Translations under genes and position numbers: made by a program | Virus record (IMG/VR): IMGVR_UViG_3300045125_000073 | Coordinates: 24,258 to 88,257 of that record | DNA from: a virus | Strand: one strand, 5' to 3' | Length of the DNA: 64,000 bases | Notes under the pieces: generated by a model | The model's input: only the letters and a program-made list of their open reading frames with translations | Database searches by the model: none | Told to the model about the DNA's origin: nothing | In this document: one piece after another, positions 1-10,944 of the stretch | How the letters are laid out: each line of letters begins with the position of its first letter | Position numbering within the stretch: the first letter of the stretch is position 1

Positions 1-479
1 TCCATACAGGTCCTGGTCTACCAGTTGTAGCTATATCGTAAGCTTTATTCAGTTCATATAATATATCATTTTTATCTTTAATCATAACAGCATACTTTGT
101 CATTGTTTTTGCTGTTGATATAATATTAAATTCTTGATCACCTATTTGTCTACAACCAGTGCCCTCGGATGTTTGTGATAATGATACTTGACCGATATAA
201 AAATAATAGGAACGCTATCCAACCAAGCACCCAAAACCCCCGTGAGAGTGTTTGTTCCTCCTGGTCCTGTTGTTACAACACAAGCACCAACGTCTTGTTT
301 TAATCTTAGCATAACCTTCAGCAGCCATTGCTGCTGCTTGTTCGTAGAGAAATATACTTTAGTGTTTTTGCTTTTCCTAATGAATCTCATCAAGTGAATA
401 CAACCACCACCAGAAACAGTAAAAACATGATTTATATTTTTGATTCCAAAAACTCTACTACAATATCAGATACTTTCAT
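1..479 (-). CDS. Thiamine pyrophosphate-binding protein (acetolactate synthase-like/YerE-like), N-terminal part; runs off the window; frameshifted
   Basis: Start MKVSDIVVEFLESKNINHVFTVSGGGCIHL at 479 and GACVVTTGPGGTNTLTGVLGAWLDSVPIIFIS match the TPP-enzyme N-terminal (pyrimidine-binding) domain. Confidence 0.85.
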
Positions 480-863
480 GGGTAAACTTTTTTAAATCAC
501 TTAGTGCTTGATTCCAATTTTGGAATTGAATTGCTTTATCATCAATATAACAAATACATCTAGGTTTTTCTGCTGTTATATCTTTTATGTATTCATTTAA
601 TTCATACTTTTTAACCATTCCCATATCAATTCTGGTCCTGTTTTTCCGTTTATAAGTGGTCTATCTTTCTTTGCTTTAGCTGTGTAGATTACTATATGAT
701 ACTTTTTTGAAAGTTTTTTTATCGCGTCAATAGAACCCTCAATAGGACTTCCATATATTGTCCCATCGTGATAACCTAACTCAAAACTATGGATAACTCC
801 ATCAAAATCTATAGCTATAGTTTTTGCTTCTTCTTCTTCAATTTTTTTCTTGTATTCATTCAT
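466..863 (-). CDS. HAD-superfamily hydrolase (cap-less); frameshifted near 600
   Basis: Motif I IAIDFDGVIH; C-terminal KPRCICYIDDKAIQF in another frame. Confidence 0.75.
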
Positions 864-1657
864 GGTTTATGGATTGATTTATTCTATCTTGAATCATTTG
901 GATGCGTTTAATATCTTGAGACGCAAGAGTAGTATAATATTCGTGTTTACACTTAAGCCATTCATATTCAAACATTTGGCCTTTTGAAAGGGCTCTTGGT
1001 AGATTTTTTAAAGCAACTGATGGATCGTATATTGCATAACGTGTTTCAAATTTATCAAGTAAACCTTCAGAGTGAAGTTTCTTTAAGAAAGAAAGAGAAT
1101 CTGTAGAAACAGCTCCACCCAAACACAATTTTAATCCTTTTTCTTTAACTTTAACAAATACTTTACGCACTAATGAATATATCTCATCGCTATTGACATA
1201 TGTTCTATCTTTCTCCATAGAAGAAACCAGATCTACTCGACCAACAGTAACTCCATATAAACTGTCAACTTCAACTATGTTCAGCATCTTTTCGATGTTG
1301 TTTACTGCGGTTATTGTTTCTACATTTATATTTAAGTGTATAGAACTTAAAGAATCATTTGGAATATGTGTTTTGGCTGATTGGATAAACTTTTAAGACC
1401 AAATTCAGACTCTACCATAGGAGCCACTAATCCCTTGACTCCTATGATCAAAGAATCTTTATAATATCTCTAATCGCCTCTGGACCACCTATTTTAAGTG
1501 TCAGTTTAGTTTTAGCTTGATTACAAATTTCTTTTAGGCGAACAGTTTCATTAAATAATGCTCCCTCATCTTCAAAAGAAGTTTTAATACCAATAAGACC
1601 TTCATTTTCAATGAGATCAGTTAAAATTTTAACGCATTTAAATTCTCTGGTGTTCAT
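856..1657 (-). CDS. HpcH/HpaI aldolase / citrate-lyase-like protein; frameshifted
   Basis: ORFs 1448-1657 (GIKTSFEDEG...LKIGGPEAIRD) and 856-1287 (GVTVGRVDLVSSM...LCLGGAVS) join into one ~265-aa protein; family recognised from motifs only. Confidence 0.6.
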
Positions 1658-1660
1658 GGT

Positions 1661-2325
1661 TTATTTTTTTGTTATTATTGCTGTAGCATATGCATTTTGA
1701 ACATCGACATAGATTTCTATGCCAGATATATTATTTTCTAAGTACTCTTTTCATCGAGGCAACAGGTGCTCGGATTCTATTTTACCTGTTTCTTTAAGTT
1801 TGTATATTAAATTATAAGTCTCATCGTTTCTAATACAACAAACTGGCTGATTTGGAATCGACATATCTTCTAAAATATAATAACCACCAGATTTAACATA
1901 TTTAAAAAGCTGGCCCAAAGATATGATTTGATGGTGATGTTCATGTGAACCGTCTTCTAATATAAAATCAAATTGTGTATTACCAAATGTTTTATACATA
2001 TTTTGTAAATCTATTCTATTACCTTGGTCGCCTTGAAAGAATTTTATCCTTTCATTGTTTTTTATAACAGGATGAGTTGACATATCTTTGATATCAAACG
2101 TGTAAATATACGCTGCATCAAAGTAATCTTTCCACATATTTACAGACTGACCACCATCAGAATATTCCATTTTTATTCCAATTTCTAACATTCGAATGGG
2201 TTCTTTCTCCATTTTGTTAAAAGTACATCATAAATTGGAGCATATCCGTGACGAGATGCGTTTGGAAATTCAGTTCCTTTATCCGTACCGTATAAATTTG
2301 CTAATTGATCTAATGTTTGTTTCAT
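1661..2325 (-). CDS. Class I SAM-dependent O-methyltransferase (MycE/ElmMI-like sugar methyltransferase); frameshifted
   Basis: N-terminal LYGTDKG...HGYAPIYD, motif I IRMLEIGI, and FDFILEDGSH. Confidence 0.75.
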
Positions 2326-2332
2326 TGTTATT

Positions 2333-3280
2333 TTACCATATAAAATTATTTTTATAATACTCTACTACATCCCTTAAAGCCATCTTAAAGTTTATTTCGG
2401 GATTCCATCCTAATCTTTTAAGTTTATCATCATTCAAAGAATATCGCAAATCTTGTCCAACTCTAGAACAAGACATATCAACATAATCATTTACATCAAA
2501 AGTATCAGTATTTTTTATGATTGATATAATGTCTTTAACGGTTTGTATATTTGATTGTTCAAAGTCACCAGAAATGTTGTATATCTCATTTTTAACACCA
2601 CTCTCAATAATTTTTATTATTGCATTCGCGGTGTCTTGTGCGTGTAACCGTTCTAATTGAGTTCCATTGTTGTGTAGGGGTATTTTTCTATTTAGATTAA
2701 AATACTTACATACTTTTGGAATTAATTTTTCTGTGTATTGACCAATTCCGTAGTTGTTTGTGGGTCTAACAATAACGTATGGAACTTTATGAGTTCGTGC
2801 CCATGCTAGTATTAACATGTCTGCTGCAGCTTTAGTTGCTGCATATGGGTTTGATGGTTTTAATATATCGGCTTCAGTGTGAGCACCTTCAACAATGTCA
2901 CCATAAACTTCGTCTGTACTAAAATGTAATAGAGTAGGTACTGCTGTATTTTTGTCTATAGTTTTTTATTAACTTTAAAATATTATGAACACCGTTTATA
3001 TTGGAATAAATAAAATCATCACTATTAGCTATGGAATTACCTACATGAGTTTCAGCAGCCGTATTGATAATATAATCGCAATCATATAAAAATTTAAGGT
3101 CATTTATATCACAATGAACAAATGAAAATTTTCGTATTGATTAAATTCTTTTAATAAATCGTCATTTGCTGCGTATGTTATTTTATCTACACCTTTTACA
3201 TACCAGCCTTTTTTTAAACAAAGTCGTGTTATATAAGAGCCTATAAATCCTAAACACCCTGTTACATATACTATTTTCAT
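2333..3280 (-). CDS. rfbB: dTDP-glucose 4,6-dehydratase (RmlB/RfbB type); frameshifted
   Basis: VTGCLGFIGS Rossmann motif, AAETHVGNSI, HFSTDEVYG, PSNPYAATKAAAD, RPTNNYGIGQYTEKLIP. Confidence 0.88.
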
Positions 3281-3281
3281 T

Positions 3282-4013
3282 TTATCTGCTCCAAAAAGTT
3301 GGTTCTCCTATAATTCTGGGTGCACAGTATTTATTTCTCAGAAGTTTGTGTTTGTATTTTATTATCAAGTTGTAATATTGTTTTAGTGCACATTCGTAGA
3401 TATATGCATGAAAATTATCAGTATAATTATACCAATAATCGTCTATTGCATTGTAAAAATTTGTTTTAGTTTCTAGCTGTTCTTCTGATCCAGCAGTCCA
3501 TATATCAAAAATATACGGATATTTCCCGTCGTATGCTGTTTTGGGTATCAATAAATTTGATGAATTTAATTCATTTATATCTAATTTAGAAAGATAATTT
3601 ATATCTAATCTAGTAGAAAAATACTTATCATATTTTTCATATTGTCTGGCCATTTCAAAAGCCTTTAAACTACTTTCTAACATATTTTTTACACCCAAAT
3701 GAGAATTTGGTATATGTTTATTGTATCTTGACTTTAAATAGTCTGTTCCCCTATCTGTTTCCACTATTATGTGTTTTGGATTATATGATTTTTTAATCCC
3801 TTCAAAATCTATAGTTTTTGAAGACTTTTCTTCAAGGACCCCTTGTGTTTGATCTTCCCATCCATTCCAGTGTGAACCGCTTTTAGCATTAATTCTATCC
3901 CAGGTGTGTATAAAAATATCACCCGGAGCAACAGAATAAACATTATCAAAAAAATTTTGATAACATTGTTCCCATGTTCTGGAATGGCCGTGAAAGATAT
4001 AGGCTATTTTCAT
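3282..4013 (-). CDS. Hypothetical protein typical of glycan clusters (GT-like)
   Basis: Intact 243-aa ORF, MKIAYIFHGHSRT...DIFIHTWD...STRLD; context within the sugar cluster. Confidence 0.55.
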   Translation of the reverse strand: MKIAYIFHGHSRTWEQCYQNFFDNVYSVAPGDIFIHTWDRINAKSGSHWNGWEDQTQGVLEEKSSKTIDFEGIKKSYNPKHIIVETDRGTDYLKSRYNKHIPNSHLGVKNMLESSLKAFEMARQYEKYDKYFSTRLDINYLSKLDINELNSSNLLIPKTAYDGKYPYIFDIWTAGSEEQLETKTNFYNAIDDYWYNYTDNFHAYIYECALKQYYNLIIKYKHKLLRNKYCAPRIIGEPTFWSR

Positions 4014-4883
4014 TAAGTATTCTCATAATATCACTATTTTTATAAAAGTCAACTAATTTATGTATAATAGTTTCAACAGAAAATTTATTTGTATAACCAT
4101 AAGACTTAACTTTTTTATATCCAAATAAGAATGTCTAACCTGGACTATATTGTGAAATTGTGTTGGTTGGATGTCTATTATCTTAGAACTAGAGCCCGAA
4201 TAATCTATGGCCTTTTGTATGAGATCTCCAAACATGAACGGCTCACCACTGCCTATATTAATGATCTCATTTACTGGAGCATGATCTATACAGTGTTTTA
4301 TTGCAGTACATACATCATCAACGTAAATATAATCTCTTAAAACTTTACCACCATAATAAAGTTCTACATCTTTATTTTCAGTTATTTGTTTTATAAGATA
4401 TTGTAGAGCATTTTTCTTTTTAGAGATTTTTAGATCACCTTCTCCCAATACATTAGCTAGTCTAAAAATTCTATATTTTATATTGAATGTTTGGCAAAAA
4501 GATATCAGTAATTGCTCTGCACAATATTTGGTTATAGAATAAAATCCTGTAGGATTGCATTTAGAATAGTCTTCTCTAAATGGAATTTCATTATTTTGGC
4601 CGTACACAAACCAAGAGCTAACAAAATTAAAAACTATATCTTCATTTTTAGGAATGTTTTCTAAAACATTCATTAGCACTTTTAAATTGGTGTCTATGTC
4701 TATATGTAAATTTTGATGGATATTATAATTATCAACTGTACTTATTAAGTACAAAATATTATTAGTTTTTGGTTTATAATCTGTTTTATCTAACTTTATT
4801 ATTTGGTCGGAGTATAAATTACAAAATTTAGATCCTATAAATCCAGAACCACCAAACACTGATATTTTATCAATATTGCTCAT
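4010..4883 (-). CDS. NAD-dependent epimerase/dehydratase (extended SDR)
   Basis: VFGGSGFIGS, FVSSWFVYG, catalytic YSITK, RDYIYVDDV; C-terminus probably frameshifted. Confidence 0.85.
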
Positions 4884-5720
4884 ATTTTATCCCATGGTGC
4901 TTAAACCAGTTATTTACATCTAGTAAATGATACTTATAATCTTGTTTTAATTTATTATATTCCAATTCTAATAGTTCGTAGCTTATGATGGACCAATCAT
5001 CAATTAAAATCATAGGAAAATTTTTAGCATAATATGTATTCATCGCAGATGTTTCTACTACAGGAATCGCACCAAAATATAAAGATTCCCACACTCGATG
5101 TGTGTCTTTTCCGTTTCCTGGAGGACATATTATAAATTTATGAGTCTGTAAAGCTTTATAGTAATCACCAACATCATTATAAACCGTTTTAGTATTTAAT
5201 CGGTCTGATATTATTTGTTTTATTTTTGTTCTCTTCTTCTGGATTTGTTTCTATATTAAAATTAGAATAAAACAAATCCATCTCTATTATCTGTTATAGT
5301 AAATTGTTTTAGATGTTCGGTTTCAGATGCTTCAGATCTCCAAGGAGGAACTAAACCAATAGGCAACGGTGTCATTATCTCGTCTATTGTTTCTGCATTT
5401 TGTGCATACCATTTTTTTATATTTTTAGGTACTGGTGGTATATAACTAAATTTATTGTATCCACCATGAGTAGAGACCGAATGATCATTGTCCCCTGATA
5501 TTAAAATTATATCTGTTACATCAGAATTATTTAAATAATTAAAAAGGTTAGGAAGATATGTACTCCAGCAGTATATGGTACAACCATTAAAAATGTCTTT
5601 TCTTTTATTTGATTTTATATACGGAACACCATCATTACGAACAAAAACAACATCACATCTGTCAGCATAATTTCTAGCGTTTAGTGTTGTTTGTGGTATT
5701 GTTTTTACATGAGTAAACAT
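4870..5720 (-). CDS. Exostosin (GT47)-like glycosyltransferase; frameshifted
   Basis: C-terminal THKFIICPPGNGKDTHRVWESLYFGAIPVV, the exostosin-type motif; N-terminal part is ORF 5262-5720. Confidence 0.6.
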
Positions 5721-6391
5721 TTATACAGATTCTAACAGTTTTAATTTATCTTGAAATTGTTGATAAAAACCATCATGATCGCACATATTTTTTGATCTCC
5801 TCTACCATGAAATCCAAAACAATTATTTAAGTCAAAATCACATTCTGGTATTCTAGATTCTAATGAAAATCTCATAGCAACTTCAACAGGAGCAAATTTA
5901 CAACCGTGCTGTTCTAGGGCATTTTTATAACGAAGACATATTGTTCCGTCTTCATGCCCCTGTGAATCCATATAACGACAAAGATTAATTAATTTTTTAC
6001 TTCTTAAACTGAACCCACCATTACCTACACGATTAATTTGACCATAATTTTTCCATGGCGCACCGATATAATCGTATTCTAAAAATCCATCATCCCATAA
6101 ATGAGGATTTATAACAAATCCATCATCGTGAATAGTAAGACAATACTCTGTGTCAACGTACTTATACAGTTCGTGTAACATAAATTGACTATAGGTATCG
6201 TGTGTTAGTTTTGGTATTTCTTGATAAATTATATCATCCGGCACATTAACTGGTTTGATGTGTGATAATAGCATATTTTTTGCAAAATCTATATGCTTAG
6301 TACTATATTTTATAGCTTTTAATCCTATATCAGGATTTACACCATCAATACAAATTAAAGTTATATTTTTTAATTGTATCTTATTGCTCAT
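5721..6391 (-). CDS. DUF5672-family protein (putative glycosyltransferase)
   Basis: YCLTIHDDGFVINPHLWDDGFLEYDYIGAPW and VGNGGFSLRSKKL. Confidence 0.75.
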
Positions 6392-6406
6392 AGATATTTA
6401 CCAAAA

Positions 6407-7096
6407 CTATTTTTTAAGAACATCTATTCTATTTTTATTTGGTACTCCAGTAATATGAACAAGAAATGATTCTGGTGTCCACGGTTCTGGAGGATCTGGT
6501 CTACCATCCCATATACCTCTATACAATTCTTTACTAGGTATAGAATTTAAAAATCTGTGATCTAATATTTTAATTGTATCTCTACAGGGAGTTTGGAGCA
6601 TACATTATATTAAATGTAGTTTGTTCTTCTCCCCAGTGATTGTTATCAATAACATATTTTCCAACAGAAAAAATGTAGTTATTAGTTCTTTAGTTCTGTC
6701 AGTATTTTTTAAAATAAAATTTCCAGTACTAAATGAATGTTTTCCGGGCCAATCCCAAGATACAAATAAAGAGTAGCGTTCGTTTGTGATGTCTTCTATT
6801 TTATATTCTGGGTTTGTTATTAACGCATCTCCGTCAATCCACATTACTGTATCGTAATATGATAACATATCAAAACATCTTAATGCACGTAGAATTCCTA
6901 GATTTGTTGATTTAAATATGTTGTTTCTATCTTCTCCCAAAGATTTTAAACATAATAAATCATACCCATGTTTTTTTGCGTATCTTTGTTGAGACGGATA
7001 CGTTAAATCGTGTACTTCTTCATAAGTATTATCTAAATCAGAAGAAGTTTTTAAACAATCTGTAGTACCAGTTATTAGTAGAATTTTATTTTTCAT
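6407..7096 (-). CDS. GT34/MNN10-like glycosyltransferase; frameshifted
   Basis: YAKKHGYDL, DxD-type WIDGDALITN, FSTGNFILKN; C-terminal FLVHITG. Confidence 0.65.
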
Positions 7097-8412
7097 TTTT
7101 TATTTTTAAAAAAATCATCGGTTATTTGTTCGATATAATCTAGTTGCTCTCCAGTGATTACTGGACTAGTTCCTAAAAAGAAAGTATCTGTTGTTACTTT
7201 TCTAGCATTAGGATACTTTGTAATGACTTCTTGTGGGTTCATCATTCCAGAATACGCTGGTTGTAACATGATGTTGCCAGCAAAGTATGGTCTTGTTTGA
7301 ATCTTATTGCTTTCAAAATGATCCACAATATCTTTTCGTTTAAAAGGAGCTCCGTCTTTAATAGTTATTGCAAAAGCAAACCAAGCTGGTTCTGCGCCTT
7401 CTGTTGCCTTTGGAAGTATTAGATAGTTTTCATATTTAGAGAATATCTGTGTAAGGCGTGCATGATTGGCGTTACGCATCTCAATAATCTTTGGTAGCTT
7501 CTTTATTTGTGCAAGCCCCATAGCTGCTTGCGAATCTGTTGGCTTAAGATTATAACCAATTTCATCGTACACATACTTGTGATCAAAGATCTCGTCAGGC
7601 AAAGCTGGAAGCCAGTTAGAAAAACGTGTCTTACACATACCATTCTTCAAAAGATTAGCTTTTTGACCAACACAATAGCAGCCACGGCCCCATTCTCTAA
7701 AACTTCGCACTACCTTTTCTTGATGCGGAGTATTACATGCTATAAAACCACCTTCGCCCATGGTAATATGGTGAGCAGGATAAAATGAAAAACTAGCAAA
7801 TTCTCCAAAACTTCCTAATGGTTTTCCTTTATAAGTAGAACCCAAAGCATCACAACAATCTTCTAGAAGAATAAGGCCGTATTCATTAATGATTTCCATT
7901 AAACGATCCATGTTTGGAGGATTGCCTAATACGTGAGCGAAGGTAATAACTTTACAACCTTCTTTAGCTCGCTGTTCTACTTGATCTAGATTAAGATTTA
8001 GTGTATCTAGATCTATATCAACAAATACCGGCTCAAATCCCACCTGAAAAATAGGATTAATAGTTGTTGGAAATCCTGCGATAGGAGTAATTACCTTTGT
8101 GCCTTTAGGAAAATTAGTAAGGCGTTTAGATGTAAGAGCTGACATCATTAGCAGATTTGAGCTACTACCACTATTAGTCAGAATACCAAAATTTTTATCA
8201 ACTAAACGAGGAAAGATCTGTTCAAAACGGATGCCGTTTTCTCCAAGAACTAACCACCCCTCTAGTATAGTTTTAATAGATTCGGTATACTCTTCGGTAT
8301 CAAAATACGGTCCAGCGTATTGAACCCAATCTTTACCAGCCACCCATTTTTTTGCTGCGTGTTTTTCGTTTATAAATTGTTCTACTTGTTTTAAAATATT
8401 TTCCATACTCAT
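7093..8412 (-). CDS. rfbH: NDP-4-keto-6-deoxyglucose 3-dehydrase (E1, RfbH/DdhC family)
   Basis: Intact 439 aa. SFYPAHHITMGEGG has His in place of the aminotransferase Lys; WGRGCYC...C Cys cluster; DHKYVYDEIGYNLK. Confidence 0.93.
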   Translation of the reverse strand: MSMENILKQVEQFINEKHAAKKWVAGKDWVQYAGPYFDTEEYTESIKTILEGWLVLGENGIRFEQIFPRLVDKNFGILTNSGSSSNLLMMSALTSKRLTNFPKGTKVITPIAGFPTTINPIFQVGFEPVFVDIDLDTLNLNLDQVEQRAKEGCKVITFAHVLGNPPNMDRLMEIINEYGLILLEDCCDALGSTYKGKPLGSFGEFASFSFYPAHHITMGEGGFIACNTPHQEKVVRSFREWGRGCYCVGQKANLLKNGMCKTRFSNWLPALPDEIFDHKYVYDEIGYNLKPTDSQAAMGLAQIKKLPKIIEMRNANHARLTQIFSKYENYLILPKATEGAEPAWFAFAITIKDGAPFKRKDIVDHFESNKIQTRPYFAGNIMLQPAYSGMMNPQEVITKYPNARKVTTDTFFLGTSPVITGEQLDYIEQITDDFFKNKK

Positions 8413-8413
8413 A

Positions 8414-9247
8414 TTAATGAATTCCCATTCCCCAATCGTTTAGATTGGGAATATTATATTCTTTAATCATTTGTTTAATATACTGATACTTATAATTATC
8501 ACTGATATTTTGCCGACTGTAAATTAAAGGATCTACTTTTAAAGGAAAAGAAATTTCTGCGTATTCCCAATTAAAATTATTTACAGACGCATCATAAGCA
8601 GAAGCTGAAACAGTTTCTGCATTAAATTTTATTCGATTTACATAGTCTGTAATTTTCCAATAATATTGTTTTATAGCTACTGCTTTTTTATCTAACCATT
8701 GAAGATGTGCTATAAAAAGATTTGGTGCTTGAATTACCGCTTGATTTTTTGGAACTGGTAGATGTTCAGAGTGCATCTGGGCAGATTTAAAAGATATCTT
8801 ATTTTCATAAGAACCAATTCTATCTTTTAGATTATGTCTCCATGGACCGTCTATTCTTATTTTATTTTTATCTGTGTATTGGATCCATTGTGCATGGATT
8901 AATGTATCTTTGTTTTGCTCTAGAATTGACTCTAATTGATCTTTGTTTAAGTTTCCATCTAGATATTCATCCGCATCTAAACAGATAATATGACCAGAAT
9001 GTTTAAAAGCTTCATCAAATAATCTTTGTCGTATATTTGATTCTACAGATAATTCGTTTTGATTTTTATTTGTTCTAAGAACATTTAAAATATTATATTT
9101 TTCTTTATTCTCTAATAAAAATTCATAGGTTCCATCTGTGGAGTCATCATCCATAAAAATAAAACCATCAGCATATGTTTGCCAATGTGGAATCATTTCT
9201 TTTAAAAGAAATAATTCATTTTTAATTAAAGTAATTTGAATGATCAT
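8414..9247 (-). CDS. GT2-like glycosyltransferase
   Basis: Intact 277 aa; IKNELFLLKE, FMDDDSTDGT, CLDADE (GT-A DxD). Confidence 0.7.
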   Translation of the reverse strand: MIIQITLIKNELFLLKEMIPHWQTYADGFIFMDDDSTDGTYEFLLENKEKYNILNVLRTNKNQNELSVESNIRQRLFDEAFKHSGHIICLDADEYLDGNLNKDQLESILEQNKDTLIHAQWIQYTDKNKIRIDGPWRHNLKDRIGSYENKISFKSAQMHSEHLPVPKNQAVIQAPNLFIAHLQWLDKKAVAIKQYYWKITDYVNRIKFNAETVSASAYDASVNNFNWEYAEISFPLKVDPLIYSRQNISDNYKYQYIKQMIKEYNIPNLNDWGMGIH

Positions 9248-9251
9248 AATA

Positions 9252-10084
9252 TTAACAGCTCAGTATTCTATTTAGGAGAGGTTCGCAATATTTTTTAGCT
9301 GTTTCAAAATTAAAATTAATTTTTTCTATATTAGAATAATAATAGTCTTCAGTATAATTTGTTATAAGAATGTTCTCTGGATTTATCCAGTAACTGGTAT
9401 CAAAATATTCTGATACGTTCGGACAACCCCAATATATGGGAATTGTTTTTGTTATTAAACAATCTATTAATTTTTCTGTAAAATAATTAGGTTCGTTTGA
9501 ACTTTCGATAACTACAGAATACATCGAATTAAAAGATGTATTTTGTTATCATTTGGAAGTGTTGGTGTGTTTGGTATAGGAAATCGTGTGGACGAATAAA
9601 AGTTTAATTTTGTTTTAATTTTGTTTTTATTATTCCAAATAGTATGGCGGATGTTGTATCCTGGTTTCCCTGTCAGGGATCCGCACACCATACTAATACT
9701 ATTTTCTTTTACAAGCTTACCTAAATCTTCAGTAAATGTTCCAATAGAGTCTGGGTGATGTGATGATTTATTTAACCATGTGGTTCCGTATGGCTGTTTT
9801 ACCGCATGAGAACACTTCTCTAAAATTTTAGGATTAGAAGTTATAATTTTAGTGTAATAGTGCTGATTAGTAATAACATGATCTGCTTGCTCTACCCAAG
9901 CAGATGTTGTTGGTTCATTAATATTAACGAATATTTTATGTTTTGCATCAGAATAAAATTGTACCGGTCCCCCTGGTCTAGAATTTTTACCAAATCTGGT
10001 AAAATGAATTTCATATGATTCTGGCAGATCAGGTAAAGACTCTGGTGATATAAGATAATCAGCGTTAAGAACAAGCGGTTTCAT
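9252..10084 (-). CDS. GT10 (fucosyltransferase)-like protein; frameshifted
   Basis: C-terminal YSVVIESSNEPNYFTEKLIDCLITKTIPIYWGCPN matches the GT10 signature. Confidence 0.7.
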
Positions 10085-10944
10085 TTTATAATTTTATCAA
10101 ATAAATATTCGTCTGCTAGTTTTAGATCCTTAACAGCATTAAAATTATTTGTGATTGCTGTTAATTTTGAATCGTATACTTGTTTTGATAAACTTTGTAA
10201 TATCTCAGACTCTTTATTTTGTTCTAAAAATATTATACCATCTGGATCAAAAAAGTCAAAAATCTTTTTTGTTCCACAATAAACTGGAACTGTGCCTGTT
10301 GCAAAACAGTCTGTTATTTTTTCTGTCCAGTACGAATCGTAAATACCATTTTCAATAACTATACTAAACATGTACTCTTTGATACCATTTAATTTAGTAT
10401 TCCATGGATTTCTTGGATCTGTTACTGTTCTCTGAGTACCGTGTGCTCCACCAAATACATCTAGATCAGCATCCAAAGCAAGTCTAGCAATCTGATGTCT
10501 GTATACATGTCCTTCTGTTGCTAATTTAGGAGAACAAAACATAGAACATAATTTTGTTTTTTCGTATATTGCCCAGTCTTGTTTTGGAACCCACGGGTAA
10601 TTACTACCACTTGGGCAAAATATAAAATTAGAATTTAATTCTAATAACGATTGGTCGCAAGTAAAAATTTTATTATAATAATTATTAAATAGTATTTTAT
10701 GATTGTGGATTAAAAAATTATAAACATCTGGTACTATGAATCGAGACTCACAAACCCACCCGTATCTTTTTTCTTTAGGAATAGAAAGATCTGGTTGATA
10801 CATCATACCACGATCTATGTGTACATCCCAATCTCCCTTTTCTGAAGACCAAGTAAAATTTGTTGGGGTTATATTTGAACAGGACGAATAGTTTGTGTCA
10901 AAAGGAGCACCTATTGCTCTTACTTTGTGCCCGGGCTTTGCCAT
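10081..10944 (-). CDS. GT10 (fucosyltransferase)-like protein
   Basis: Intact 287 aa; YMFSIVIENGIYDSYWTEKITDCFATGTVPVYCG. Confidence 0.75.
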   Translation of the reverse strand: MAKPGHKVRAIGAPFDTNYSSCSNITPTNFTWSSEKGDWDVHIDRGMMYQPDLSIPKEKRYGWVCESRFIVPDVYNFLIHNHKILFNNYYNKIFTCDQSLLELNSNFIFCPSGSNYPWVPKQDWAIYEKTKLCSMFCSPKLATEGHVYRHQIARLALDADLDVFGGAHGTQRTVTDPRNPWNTKLNGIKEYMFSIVIENGIYDSYWTEKITDCFATGTVPVYCGTKKIFDFFDPDGIIFLEQNKESEILQSLSKQVYDSKLTAITNNFNAVKDLKLADEYLFDKIIK

